Source: Myxococcota bacterium (GTDB lineage Bacteria; Myxococcota_A; SURF-8). From it: a DNA stretch of 64,000 nucleotides. The position numbers and the translations under genes are program-made. Positions 29,491-39,033 of the stretch are shown piece by piece (the stretch's first letter is position 1; every line of letters starts with the position of its first letter). The stretch is from assembly GCA_965140415.1 (NCBI GenBank), contig OZ223209.1, positions 2,240,001-2,304,000 on the forward strand, read 5' to 3'. The notes beneath the pieces are model-generated. The model was not told the origin of the DNA. It did not search any database and saw only the letters and a list, made by a program, of their open reading frames with translations.

Positions 29491-31943
29491 AACTCCGCTC
29501 GCAAGCCGATAGACATCAGGAAGGGCAGTCCTTTGATCTCGTCCGATTCCGTGTAGTCATAGTTATAGACGGTTGCAATCGGATTGTTGTGGAAGTAGGC
29601 GTTTTGAATGTCGAAGTACAGTTTCAAGATCCAGGTGTTGTATATGAACGATTTGTCCAGCCTTAGATCTAATTGGTGGGAGGCTCCGGTTCGCTTGTTG
29701 TTCTTGTTACCCGAATCGAACAATGGCAGGTAGGTGCCGTTGTCGGCGTTCAGGATGTTTCCCAGGATTTCCGTGTATGGCGTGCCGCTGGAATATTGAA
29801 AGCGTGCGCCGATGCGCCAGGTTTTAAGAAATCCGTAGGATGCCACAACCACGAGATTGTGTGTCTGATCCAGATCGAAGTAGCGATACGAAGTGCCGGG
29901 ACCGTCCGTGCGCTTGGCCTGGGCGATGGAATAGCTGATCCAGCCGAAAAAGTTATTGCTGAAATCATGTCGGAGCAGAACTTCGCCACCATAGACGTAG
30001 CCTTTGCCACCGTTGTCGTAAATCAGGTTCGGGTTGTCTTCGTCTACTTCGTTGATACTGCTGACAAGATTGTCCAGCTTCTTGTAATAACCTTGAATAT
30101 CCAGGCTTAATGTGTCCGTGATCTGCCATTCCAAGCCCGCGACCACATGCAACGCCCGTTCGAATTCCAGCCCCTTATTGCCGTATGGTTCGTACACTTC
30201 ATCGAAATCGGGTTTCCGATGGTACAATCCAATGGATGCTTTGATCACCAGTGGGTCCAACACCTTGTAGCGCGCAATAAGCGAGGGGCTGATGGCGTAG
30301 GTTTCCAAGGTTGAGTAGTAGTCGAAGCGCAGGCCGGGTATGATGGTCAAACCTTTGTATTCGATGGTGTCATTCACATAGAAACCTGCCAGCAGATCGC
30401 TTTCGGTCATGTCGCTGCTGACCTTGTCGCTATTGGAAAACGAATAGCTTACGTCTCCTTCTTTAGGAGGACGAACGAGATTGGAGCGCGCCGTTCCGAT
30501 CGATGGTTCGAACTGGATGCCGAAAGCCAGGGTATTGGTTTTATTGATGCGAAAGAGCATGTGTTCGTAAATGTCAAACCGGACGGCGTCCAGATCGAAG
30601 AAATAGTCGTTACCGACTTTGGCGCTTAATTTGACATAGGACAAGCCGGGGGTGAAGTCCGATTCGAAATTCGGTGTAATGTGCCGATAGTGTAACACTA
30701 AACTGTGCGCTTGGGTTTGAAAACCGAGATCGCCCGTGAATTCCGGTTCGGTGTCGCTGACGAGGTTGGAAACCAGTTCCAGTTTGTCCAGCGAGCCATG
30801 AGCGTCGATGCTGATGCTGTTTAGTTTATCCAGTTGATAATGGAATTTGGCTTGATAATCGTAATAAACCGGCAGGGCGGTAAATTCCAGATCGTCGGTA
30901 AACGCACCCAGAAAAGGAGCCAGCCAGAGATCGATGACCGAGCGCCGGAAGGCGAAGGCAAACGAGCCTTTATCGTTTACCGGTCCTTCTGCCAATGCTG
31001 TAATGTCCAGTAGCGAAGTGTCGAAGTAGCCTCCCCAGCGATCGTCTCGCGGTTTACGGCTTTGCAACTCTACGATGCCTCCTGTTGCATTTTGGAACTT
31101 CGTGCCGAATCCGCCGGTGTACAGGTCGATCTGGTCAAGCAGGTCGGAATTGTAAACCGATTTGTAGCCGCCGAAATGGAACAGCAAGGGAATTTCGTGA
31201 CCATCCAGCATGATGCGGCTGTCTTCTGCGTTACTGCCGCGAATGACCAGCCCACCGCCTGCGATGACGCTGGAAACACCGGGAAGATTCTGCACGACCT
31301 TGACGGCGTCTCCTTGAGAACCGGGAATGACCTTGGCTTCTTCGATATTCAGCGTTTTTCGTGAAACTTCCTTTTTTACTTTCTGCCCGCGAACGACGAC
31401 TTCCAGTGTACCGACCACTTTGGGTTCCAGGTAGTACACGACTTCTATCGCTTCGCCATCATTGATTTCTTCCGTGGTTTCGAACAGATCGTAATCCATT
31501 GTCGGAATGACGACCGTATAGATATCTGCCGGAAGGTTTTTAAAGGCAAAGCGTCCTGACTTATTGGTTGTTGCCTCGAATTCCGTTTCTTTAAGATAGA
31601 TCGTAACGTAAGCTTTTGGCTTTCTCGATCCACGCTCTTTAACGATTCCCGAAAAGTTGATGACTCCCGTGCGTTGCTGGATATTGCTATCTTTGCTGCC
31701 GCCGGAAACCTCCTCAACGGCGAGAGCCGCTTCGTCTGCCACGGTTTCTCCTGAATCGGCTTCAGAATCCGTTTCAGTGGGATTCTCGATGTTTCCTGTG
31801 TCTTCTGTGGCAGAATCCGAAGTCGATTCGGTTTCTGGTGCCGCTGGATCAGCAGGCGATTCGGATTGCGCGAAGAGCGGCTGGGTAATCAACATTGCCA
31901 GCACCACAAAAAGGTATAATCGTATGGATGTCCAATAGGGCAT
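29487..31943 (-). CDS. TonB-dependent outer-membrane receptor with N-terminal carboxypeptidase-regulatory-like domain
   Basis: EVVVRG, IPGSQGDAVKVVQNLPGV, LFHFGG plug; HQLDLRLDK; C-terminal GLRAEF. Confidence 0.9.
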   Translation of the reverse strand: MPYWTSIRLYLFVVLAMLITQPLFAQSESPADPAAPETESTSDSATEDTGNIENPTETDSEADSGETVADEAALAVEEVSGGSKDSNIQQRTGVINFSGIVKERGSRKPKAYVTIYLKETEFEATTNKSGRFAFKNLPADIYTVVIPTMDYDLFETTEEINDGEAIEVVYYLEPKVVGTLEVVVRGQKVKKEVSRKTLNIEEAKVIPGSQGDAVKVVQNLPGVSSVIAGGGLVIRGSNAEDSRIMLDGHEIPLLFHFGGYKSVYNSDLLDQIDLYTGGFGTKFQNATGGIVELQSRKPRDDRWGGYFDTSLLDITALAEGPVNDKGSFAFAFRRSVIDLWLAPFLGAFTDDLEFTALPVYYDYQAKFHYQLDKLNSISIDAHGSLDKLELVSNLVSDTEPEFTGDLGFQTQAHSLVLHYRHITPNFESDFTPGLSYVKLSAKVGNDYFFDLDAVRFDIYEHMLFRINKTNTLAFGIQFEPSIGTARSNLVRPPKEGDVSYSFSNSDKVSSDMTESDLLAGFYVNDTIEYKGLTIIPGLRFDYYSTLETYAISPSLIARYKVLDPLVIKASIGLYHRKPDFDEVYEPYGNKGLEFERALHVVAGLEWQITDTLSLDIQGYYKKLDNLVSSINEVDEDNPNLIYDNGGKGYVYGGEVLLRHDFSNNFFGWISYSIAQAKRTDGPGTSYRYFDLDQTHNLVVVASYGFLKTWRIGARFQYSSGTPYTEILGNILNADNGTYLPLFDSGNKNNKRTGASHQLDLRLDKSFIYNTWILKLYFDIQNAYFHNNPIATVYNYDYTESDEIKGLPFLMSIGLRAEF

Positions 31944-31969
31944 TCGGGTTACTCCGTCGGATGCGGATG

Positions 31970-32725
31970 TCAGTTTTCGAGTACGAAACGGTACGGAATT
32001 CGTAATTTGACCGGGACCGCCTGCTTGCCTTTGAGTCCGGGAACGAACTCGGAGTTCTTCACGGCCTTAACGGCGGCTTCATCCAGGCCATAGCCAAGTT
32101 TCTTCAAGATGCGTACTTTGACGACGCGTCCCTTTTCATTGATTATTACTTCCAGTTCTACCACACCTTCGATTTCAGCCCGTCGGGCTTGTTCCGGATA
32201 AACCGGCACAACGCGGGTTTTGAAACTCGGAACGCGAGATAACTCATATACCGGCACGGGACGCCGGGGTTTTTTCGTAAGTGGTTTGACCTTGTCCGGA
32301 TCGACCGGCTTTAGATCCATTTTCTTTTCAAGCGTATTTCCAACTCGAACGGAAACGCCGCTGTCTTTACTGCCCAAAGAATCCTTTGTTACACCGAAGA
32401 TTTCCTGCGGTGGTTCGGGAGGCGGCTCTTTTGGGGGCGGTGGAGGCGTTTTTACATTCGGTTTGGGTGGCTCCGGTGGCTTGGGTTTCGGTTTGGGTTT
32501 AGGTTTCGGCTTTGGTTTCGGTTTCGGGGCTTCCTTTTTGGGAGGTTCCGGCTTGGGTTGCGGCTTCACCTGCTGAATCATCACGTGAATCGGCTTGTAG
32601 CTCTTCTTGTTGTTGGCGAAGAACTTGGTGCTGGATTCGTAGAACCCGAAATGGAGCAAGGCCGATAGAATAATCGGAATCCAAATGAAGCGGCTTTTTT
32701 GCTTCTCTTTACTAACCTGAAGCAT
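31970..32725 (-). CDS. tonB: TonB energy transducer
   Basis: SALLH TM motif, (PK)n linker, YPEQARRAEIEGVV, GYGLDEAA. Confidence 0.92.
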   Translation of the reverse strand: MLQVSKEKQKSRFIWIPIILSALLHFGFYESSTKFFANNKKSYKPIHVMIQQVKPQPKPEPPKKEAPKPKPKPKPKPKPKPKPPEPPKPNVKTPPPPPKEPPPEPPQEIFGVTKDSLGSKDSGVSVRVGNTLEKKMDLKPVDPDKVKPLTKKPRRPVPVYELSRVPSFKTRVVPVYPEQARRAEIEGVVELEVIINEKGRVVKVRILKKLGYGLDEAAVKAVKNSEFVPGLKGKQAVPVKLRIPYRFVLEN

Positions 32726-32956
32726 GTTTCATCCTCATTACGCCAGAATGTCTCCCCAATCCTTACCCGTTTCCGTGGCAAACGTTGTACCACGATTCGA
32801 AAATTCCCACAATGCCTGTATGAAGAATTTCGATCTCGAGATTATACGAATCTTCTCGATAAAGCGAACGAAATCATTGGCATGCCGGAATCTGCTATGT
32901 TACACTTCAACGTCCATATTTCGTCAATGGTCCAATTTACAGCGGATACCTCAGCC

Positions 32957-33676
32957 ATGATTGCCACATACATTTTAGATCTTAAAATCCCACGTTTATT
33001 CCTGTGTTTATGTTTACTCCTGTCGTCTGCGATAATACTTGCCGGATGTACGAAGTACGATGAAGATCCGACTGTCAATGGCGATCTGGATGCCATCGAA
33101 AGCGATGGACCGGCTTCCGATTCCGATATGGAACTGGAAACAACCGACGGGGATACGTCAGAAGTCGGAGATCAGGATTTCGATCTTCCTCTCGATTTCC
33201 CTGTTGGTCCCTATGGCGTGACGGTTGGCGATACGATCAGCAATTTCCAATTGCAGGATTGTGATGGAAACGAAGTTCAGTTAAAGGACTACTTTGGTTC
33301 GGCCAAGGTGATTCTGATCAACAAGGTCGCGGGATGGTGTACGGTTTGCCGACGCGAGATTCCCTTGCTGCAAGAGTGGTATGCCGATCTGCACGAGGAC
33401 GGCTTCGAGTTGTTGCAGCCCGTGATAGAAAAGAGCATTCCAGGGCAACCAGCCGATGTGGAGTTTTGCCGCAGTTGGCGGGAGCGCTACGAGATCGAAT
33501 TCCCGGTGCTGGTCGATCCGGACAATATCTTTTTAGGATATCACAAGGACGTTACCCAGCCGGGAACGCCATTGAACATTCTGCTGGATCGGAACATGCG
33601 TATCGTCCTGATTCAGGAGGGGGATGTTCCCGAGTCGATCAAGGACCGCATCGTTACCTTACTGGAAGACGATTGA
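32957..33676 (+). CDS. TlpA/redoxin-family thioredoxin-fold lipoprotein
   Basis: LAGC lipobox, acidic linker, GPYG..VGD.I.NF, AGWCTVC, GTP; start moved from 32699 to ATG 32957. Confidence 0.75.
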   Translation: MIATYILDLKIPRLFLCLCLLLSSAIILAGCTKYDEDPTVNGDLDAIESDGPASDSDMELETTDGDTSEVGDQDFDLPLDFPVGPYGVTVGDTISNFQLQDCDGNEVQLKDYFGSAKVILINKVAGWCTVCRREIPLLQEWYADLHEDGFELLQPVIEKSIPGQPADVEFCRSWRERYEIEFPVLVDPDNIFLGYHKDVTQPGTPLNILLDRNMRIVLIQEGDVPESIKDRIVTLLEDD

Positions 33677-33703
33677 ACATAAAGTAACATGGGAAGGGTT
33701 CCG

Positions 33704-34294
33704 ATGAAACTCATTAAAAAGTATGCTGTTTCTTGTGGCTGTACTTTATTTGCTCTGCTTTTGCTGATTTCGCTTGTTTCCTGTGCGACCGGCAAAACCG
33801 ACCAGAAGGCAGACACGCAACCGGACAGCCCAAAGGACTCTGTCAAGGTGGAATTCCTGGATAAACCCGTTCCTGCGGATGGGTTTACCTTGCGCAGCAT
33901 GGATGGCGGCATGGTTTCTCTGGAGGATTACCGGGGAAAGGTCGTGTGGGTCAGTTTCTGGGCGACCTGGTGTCATTCCTGTAAGGCGGAAATGGCCGAA
34001 ATGAACAAAGTTCGCCAGCGCCTGAAAGAAAAAGGCTTCGAAGTTCTGGCTGTCAATGTCGATACTGCCGATTTGCAGAATTACGCCATGGGAATCGCGC
34101 GTTCCCTCAAGGTTTCGTTTCCCGTTCTGTTCGATTCGGACAGCCGGGTGGTGGCAAGCTACAACCCGAGCATGGAGTTGCCATATTCGGTCCTGGTCGA
34201 TCGTCAGGGTCGTAAACGTTTTATCCAGCGTGGTTATCTGCCTGGTGATGAAAAACGAATCGAAAACGCCATCTTGGAAATCCTGGGTGAATAG
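33704..34294 (+). CDS. TlpA-family disulfide reductase lipoprotein
   Basis: LVSC lipobox, FWATWCHSC, LPYSVLVDRQG. Confidence 0.9.
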   Translation: MKLIKKYAVSCGCTLFALLLLISLVSCATGKTDQKADTQPDSPKDSVKVEFLDKPVPADGFTLRSMDGGMVSLEDYRGKVVWVSFWATWCHSCKAEMAEMNKVRQRLKEKGFEVLAVNVDTADLQNYAMGIARSLKVSFPVLFDSDSRVVASYNPSMELPYSVLVDRQGRKRFIQRGYLPGDEKRIENAILEILGE

Positions 34295-34297
34295 CAG

Positions 34298-36031
34298 ATG
34301 CAACGTTTTCTTCTATCCGGATTCTTGCTGGTCTGTTTGATGTGGACCGGTGCGGTGCAGGCGGTTACTCTGACCGAAATCGATGAAAAACCGTTGGAAC
34401 TGCGCATCGAGAATACGTTTTATGTGGAATGGCACAACGATCACGAATTCGGTACCGACGCGGCAGTGCAGTCGGATGATTACGTCAAACTGATGGATGA
34501 ACTGGTGCTCGATTTGAAATACGATCGTTTTCTGATCGGAGCCAGGCTGGAAGCCTACTATTACCCGGATCACCTTTATTACAGGCGGGAGATAGCCACT
34601 CCCGATGGCACCTCAGTGTTGTACGAAGAGCGCAAATCCAAGCATCTCTTCAATCCGCAGAGGCTCTATTTCGTGTTCGATTCCGGTCGTTTCCGGGTAG
34701 ATGTCGGTGATTATTATGCGACCTTCGGGCGCGGACTGGCGTTATCGATGCGCAAGGAAGGAACCGGCGAACTGGACAATTCCCTGCGAGGCGTCAAGTT
34801 CGAACTGCGGCAGAAAAACACCAGTTTTACGATGCTGGCTGGATTCACCAACACGCTCAATACCGATCCCTATAGCGAATCGTATCAAAGCGATCCGAAC
34901 GATTTCATCGCCGGTGTTCGTGCCGAGCAGCGTATCCTCGACACGATGATCCTGGGCGCACACGCAGTCGACGCTCATTTCGGCATGTTGGAAAAAAGCG
35001 ACAAGCAGCGCTTCATCCCGGAAAAGCAGACTTCCATTGTGGGAGGCTCTATAGAGTTTCCCAGTATTTTAGGTTACCTTTCGTTGTATTTCGAAGGTAA
35101 CTACATGGGACGCACGGGGCGGCGGTTAACCGAAGATCTGGAGGATTTCGAGACCGTTTCCGATTCCGGTCATGGATTGTATGCCAGCTTGAACCTTTAT
35201 ATCGAAAACTTCACCTTTACCGCCGAATACAAACGCTATCGCGATTTTGTGTTTCGTCGGGGGCGAACGGTGTTGGGATATGCCCTGCAACCGGGAGAAG
35301 AGGAACCGGAAGACCTGCTGTTCTTCGAGGACATCTGGTACAACAATGTTCCGACTCTGGAGCGTACGGACTTGGAAACCACACGCGAATACGGGAATGA
35401 TTCCGGTTTTCGTCTGCGTGCTGAATACAATGTGTTCGAAACCGGAACGCGTCCCTACGTAGCGTTTTATTTCGATTACAACAAGTCCGCCAATCAGGGT
35501 TCCAGTACGCTGGGTGGCTTCGAGCAGGCGCAGGCCGGGTGGGGGGATCGCATCTGGCATGTGTACGGCGGTCTGACCCAGATGATCGGCGCGGCGGAAG
35601 TGTATATCGATGGTGGCTGGCGCGACGAGCAGGGCGAGGAGCGGTACCAACTCGCACATGCCAAAGCCGGGGCGGCCATCCCGTTAGTTGGCGCTCATTC
35701 CATCAATCTGGAAGGCTCCTTTATGCAAAAGGACTACCAGTTCATCCCGAAATTGGAGCGCGACGTTGATGCAACGTTTGGGTATACCTTCCAGGGTTAT
35801 TTCAGTGTCAGTCTGTTTTATACGATGCAGCAGTTGGACGTGTTGCCCAGTGCCGGAGAAGATGAATTCCTGCATTTCGTAGCCGCCGAAATCGCCTCGC
35901 GCTTTTCCGATCGGATCGTTGTTTCCGTTTTCGGTGGGCAGGTACGAGAAAGCTATCGCTGTTATGGCGGCTTTTGCCGGTTGGTTCCGGCATTCGAAGG
36001 CGTAAAAGCCAAGTTGACATTGCGCTTCTAA
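34298..36031 (+). CDS. Outer-membrane beta-barrel protein, DUF6029-like
   Basis: Signal peptide ending VQA; GDYYATFGRGLAL, LDNSLRG; C-terminal CYGGFCRLVPAFEG...LTLRF. Confidence 0.7.
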   Translation: MQRFLLSGFLLVCLMWTGAVQAVTLTEIDEKPLELRIENTFYVEWHNDHEFGTDAAVQSDDYVKLMDELVLDLKYDRFLIGARLEAYYYPDHLYYRREIATPDGTSVLYEERKSKHLFNPQRLYFVFDSGRFRVDVGDYYATFGRGLALSMRKEGTGELDNSLRGVKFELRQKNTSFTMLAGFTNTLNTDPYSESYQSDPNDFIAGVRAEQRILDTMILGAHAVDAHFGMLEKSDKQRFIPEKQTSIVGGSIEFPSILGYLSLYFEGNYMGRTGRRLTEDLEDFETVSDSGHGLYASLNLYIENFTFTAEYKRYRDFVFRRGRTVLGYALQPGEEEPEDLLFFEDIWYNNVPTLERTDLETTREYGNDSGFRLRAEYNVFETGTRPYVAFYFDYNKSANQGSSTLGGFEQAQAGWGDRIWHVYGGLTQMIGAAEVYIDGGWRDEQGEERYQLAHAKAGAAIPLVGAHSINLEGSFMQKDYQFIPKLERDVDATFGYTFQGYFSVSLFYTMQQLDVLPSAGEDEFLHFVAAEIASRFSDRIVVSVFGGQVRESYRCYGGFCRLVPAFEGVKAKLTLRF

Positions 36032-36165
36032 GCGTTTCTTCGATCATTTCCTTGTTTCGGATCGGAAAAAACCTTGAGATTCCGGCGGCAAGGGGTAGAA
36101 TACCCGAGTATCCGGTAGTTGATGTATGTTGTCGGGAAAGAAAACCGTAGACAAGTTGTGGAGGA

Positions 36166-38040
36166 GTGTCCGTGATTGATTGCCCGCGCTGTGGCCGCGA
36201 AAATCAGGATGACGCCCGTTTTTGTGTGGGTTGTGGAGAAAACCTCGCTTCCGTATCCAAAAAACAGCGGGAGAAAAAAGACACTTACCTGGGCCAGGTG
36301 CTCGATGGGAAGTATCTCATCTTGGAGCATTTGGGCGATGGCGGTATGGGTAAGGTGTACAAAGCCGAGCAGCTTTCTCTGAATAAAATCGTGGCTGTAA
36401 AAATTCTGTTGAAAAGCCTGCTGCAAAACGAAACGCAGGTCAAGCGTTTCCAGCGTGAAGCTTGGTCTGCCTCGCGTCTGGATCACCCTCACTCCATCGG
36501 CATCATCGACTTTGGAACCACCGAAGACGAAAGCCAGTTCATTGTAATGGAGTACCTGGAAGGGCGCGAACTGACCGATGTCATTACGGAAGACTTCCCG
36601 TTGCAACCGGATCGAATCGTCAAGATTCTGGGCCAGGTGCTTTCCGTGTTGCATGAAGCTCACCAGAATAAAATCATTCATCGGGATTTGAAACCCGATA
36701 ACATCATGCTTATCCAGCGCGCCGAAGAAGAGGACTACGTCAAGGTGCTGGATTTCGGTATCGCCAAATTGCAGGAACGCGATCCCAATCAACCGGCATT
36801 GACGATGCAGGGGATTGTTTGCGGAACGCCGGAGTATATGTCCCCCGAACAGGCGATGGGCAAAGAGCTGGATGTCCGCACGGACATCTATTCGGCGGGT
36901 TGCATTCTCTACGAAATGCTGACACGGCATGTTCCCTTTGAAGCGAATAATTACCAGGCCATTTTAGGAATGCACATTCGGGAAACTCCCCGCAGACCTT
37001 CCGAGGCCTGGCCGAATTGCGAAATTCCGTTGAAGCTGGAAGAAGTTGCGCTGATCGCCATGCAGAAAGAGCGCGATTTGCGTTTCCCCGATGCGCTGGC
37101 GATGAAACGGGCATTGGAATTGGCGCTGCATGAACCGGACCCGGAAATGATGCAGCCGCCTGTGCGCGCCGTCAATCAGGGTGGTAAGACCATGTTGATG
37201 GGTGCCGATACTGCGGAGAAAGCCGGGTATGGTCCTACTCAGGTAGATCCACCGGAAGTCGCTGCGGAAGCGGTGGAAATGCCTCCTCCTTCGCCTATCG
37301 TTCACACGACGTTGGAGCAGATGTCCGCAAGCAAGGAGCCTGCTGCTACGACTCCACCCAAAGCGACTCCCAAGCCAACACCGAAAGCGACGCCGGTTTC
37401 CATTCCGACAGAAGACTTTGCCGTTCCCGGTTCGGGAAAAGGCAAGATGATTGCGGTTACCCTTGTATTGCTGATCGCGACGGTGGCCGGACTTTACATG
37501 ATTTTCGGGATGAAACCGGAAAGCGAAGAACCTGCTCAACTTGCGGATGCCAAGCCGGAAAAGCAAGTGGAAGCCAAGGAAACCGGGTTGGTTACGAAAA
37601 CGGCGGAAGAACTGGCTGCCGAAGCGGAAAAACAGGAACAGCAAAAAGAGATAGAAGCAAAAACAGAAACATCTCCTTCCGGCAAGGATAAAGCGGATGC
37701 TGAAACTATAGCTGCAAAGACAGAAGACAAGCCGGAGAAAAAACAGCGTACGGATCGTAAAAAGCGACTGACCGCAATTGAAAAGCAAAAATTGTCGATG
37801 GAGTATTACGAACGCGGCAACAAGGCGTTTGGCGCAGGAAATGTCGAGTCCGCGATTCGCAACTATTCGCTAGCCAAAAAATACAATCCAAAATCTTCCA
37901 GGGTATATAAAAAGCTTGGAATGGCTTACCTGAAGCAGGGGGACAAACGAAAAGCCAGAAACAATTTCAAGAAATATCTGGATTTGTCACCCAAGGCAAA
38001 AGACGCCCAGCGCATCCGTGAACTGTATCAGTCCTTATGA
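36166..38040 (+). CDS. Hanks-type Ser/Thr protein kinase: zinc ribbon + kinase + TM + TPR
   Basis: CPRC...CVGC; LGDGGMGKVY, VAVK, HRDLKPDN, DFG, GTPEYMSPE; one TM helix; C-terminal TPRs. Confidence 0.93.
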   Translation: MSVIDCPRCGRENQDDARFCVGCGENLASVSKKQREKKDTYLGQVLDGKYLILEHLGDGGMGKVYKAEQLSLNKIVAVKILLKSLLQNETQVKRFQREAWSASRLDHPHSIGIIDFGTTEDESQFIVMEYLEGRELTDVITEDFPLQPDRIVKILGQVLSVLHEAHQNKIIHRDLKPDNIMLIQRAEEEDYVKVLDFGIAKLQERDPNQPALTMQGIVCGTPEYMSPEQAMGKELDVRTDIYSAGCILYEMLTRHVPFEANNYQAILGMHIRETPRRPSEAWPNCEIPLKLEEVALIAMQKERDLRFPDALAMKRALELALHEPDPEMMQPPVRAVNQGGKTMLMGADTAEKAGYGPTQVDPPEVAAEAVEMPPPSPIVHTTLEQMSASKEPAATTPPKATPKPTPKATPVSIPTEDFAVPGSGKGKMIAVTLVLLIATVAGLYMIFGMKPESEEPAQLADAKPEKQVEAKETGLVTKTAEELAAEAEKQEQQKEIEAKTETSPSGKDKADAETIAAKTEDKPEKKQRTDRKKRLTAIEKQKLSMEYYERGNKAFGAGNVESAIRNYSLAKKYNPKSSRVYKKLGMAYLKQGDKRKARNNFKKYLDLSPKAKDAQRIRELYQSL

Positions 38041-38916
38041 TCCACGCCGGAGTACCCGTGTCCAAAGAAGCGTAATCACTGCGGTTGTCATCGCTCCTAA
38101 AAACAAGAACGACAGTGCCAGAGCCATGATGGTGTGAAGGATCAGTGTCCAGCCGGTCAGATCGGGAATGGACAGAGCCGTCACCCGGTTCAAGGCGGTC
38201 ACCGTGAACATTGTCAGGAACAATGCGGCTGCCAATATCAGTGCCGGTCCCCAGAACCCTTCGAAATCGCTTTTGGAAGGAGACAAGTGAACCGCAAGTG
38301 AAATCATCGAAACCAAGTACAGCCAGAACGACCATTCTCCCAGGTTATCTTTGTTTAACAGCACTTCATAAAACTGCTGAAAGTAATGGAACCATGCTTT
38401 ACCCAGTTCATTAAGCCCGGCGGCACTGGAGACGGTTGACCAGTTTGCCAGCGGTAACTGGTCCGGCTTCATGAGAAACTGGGGATAGAAATGGGAGGTC
38501 AGCAGGTAAATTGCCAGCGATCCTCCGAAAAACGGGGCTAGACTGATTAACGTGTTGCCGATCACTCGCTGATAGAAGCTGCCGGTATTATAACTGTGTT
38601 TCACATATCCCAGCGATCCGGTTTTGTGATCCGGCTTGAACAGGGCGAAGTCTTCGATCCGGTTGCGCCCCAGCCAGCAGCCGATGACGTGGGAGAATTC
38701 ATGGACGGGCGTTCCCAGCCAGGCCAGCGCCAACACGCCGCGCCAACCAAAGGAAAGATAGAGTTGACGATTCATCCAGCGACCGATGAAAAGCAGCACA
38801 AGGCACAAAATAACAACTGGAAGCACCGTAGAACCCAGAAACAACAAGGTGTTCCCAACTGATTCGGAGAAAAGCGGAAGCAGGGTGTCCGGAAGACTGG
38901 AAAGAAAAGTCGGCAT
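38035..38916 (-). CDS. Membrane HExxH metalloprotease-like protein (M50B-like)
   Basis: GTPVHEFSH, LGYVKH, LAPF, HLSPSKSD; several TM helices. Confidence 0.7.
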   Translation of the reverse strand: MPTFLSSLPDTLLPLFSESVGNTLLFLGSTVLPVVILCLVLLFIGRWMNRQLYLSFGWRGVLALAWLGTPVHEFSHVIGCWLGRNRIEDFALFKPDHKTGSLGYVKHSYNTGSFYQRVIGNTLISLAPFFGGSLAIYLLTSHFYPQFLMKPDQLPLANWSTVSSAAGLNELGKAWFHYFQQFYEVLLNKDNLGEWSFWLYLVSMISLAVHLSPSKSDFEGFWGPALILAAALFLTMFTVTALNRVTALSIPDLTGWTLILHTIMALALSFLFLGAMTTAVITLLWTRVLRRGS

Positions 38917-39033
38917 GGTGGTTTCGGCTTTATTCCCTCCGTTAGCAATGATCCTGAGTGCAAATCCTGCTAAAGCTTAGCGCAAGCGGAATGCGCTGGC
39001 TAGTCTTTTTCATAGGTACTGTTGAGATGAAAA

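Noticed and set aside
32425..32570. Short tandem repeats in tonB (and similar ones in the kinase linker near 37355-37395)
   Set aside because: Encode ordinary Pro-Lys linkers; not a CRISPR array or mobile repeat
32699..32956. N-terminal extension of the redoxin ORF
   Set aside because: Overlaps the tonB start and the divergent promoter region; the signal peptide starts later
36028..37788. 300-aa and 274-aa antisense ORFs over the kinase
   Set aside because: Typical shadow frames of a well-supported plus-strand gene
38975..39010. Hairpin followed by a T-run between pflX and the protease gene
   Set aside because: The T-tract is on the strand opposite the flanking genes and the stem is imperfect
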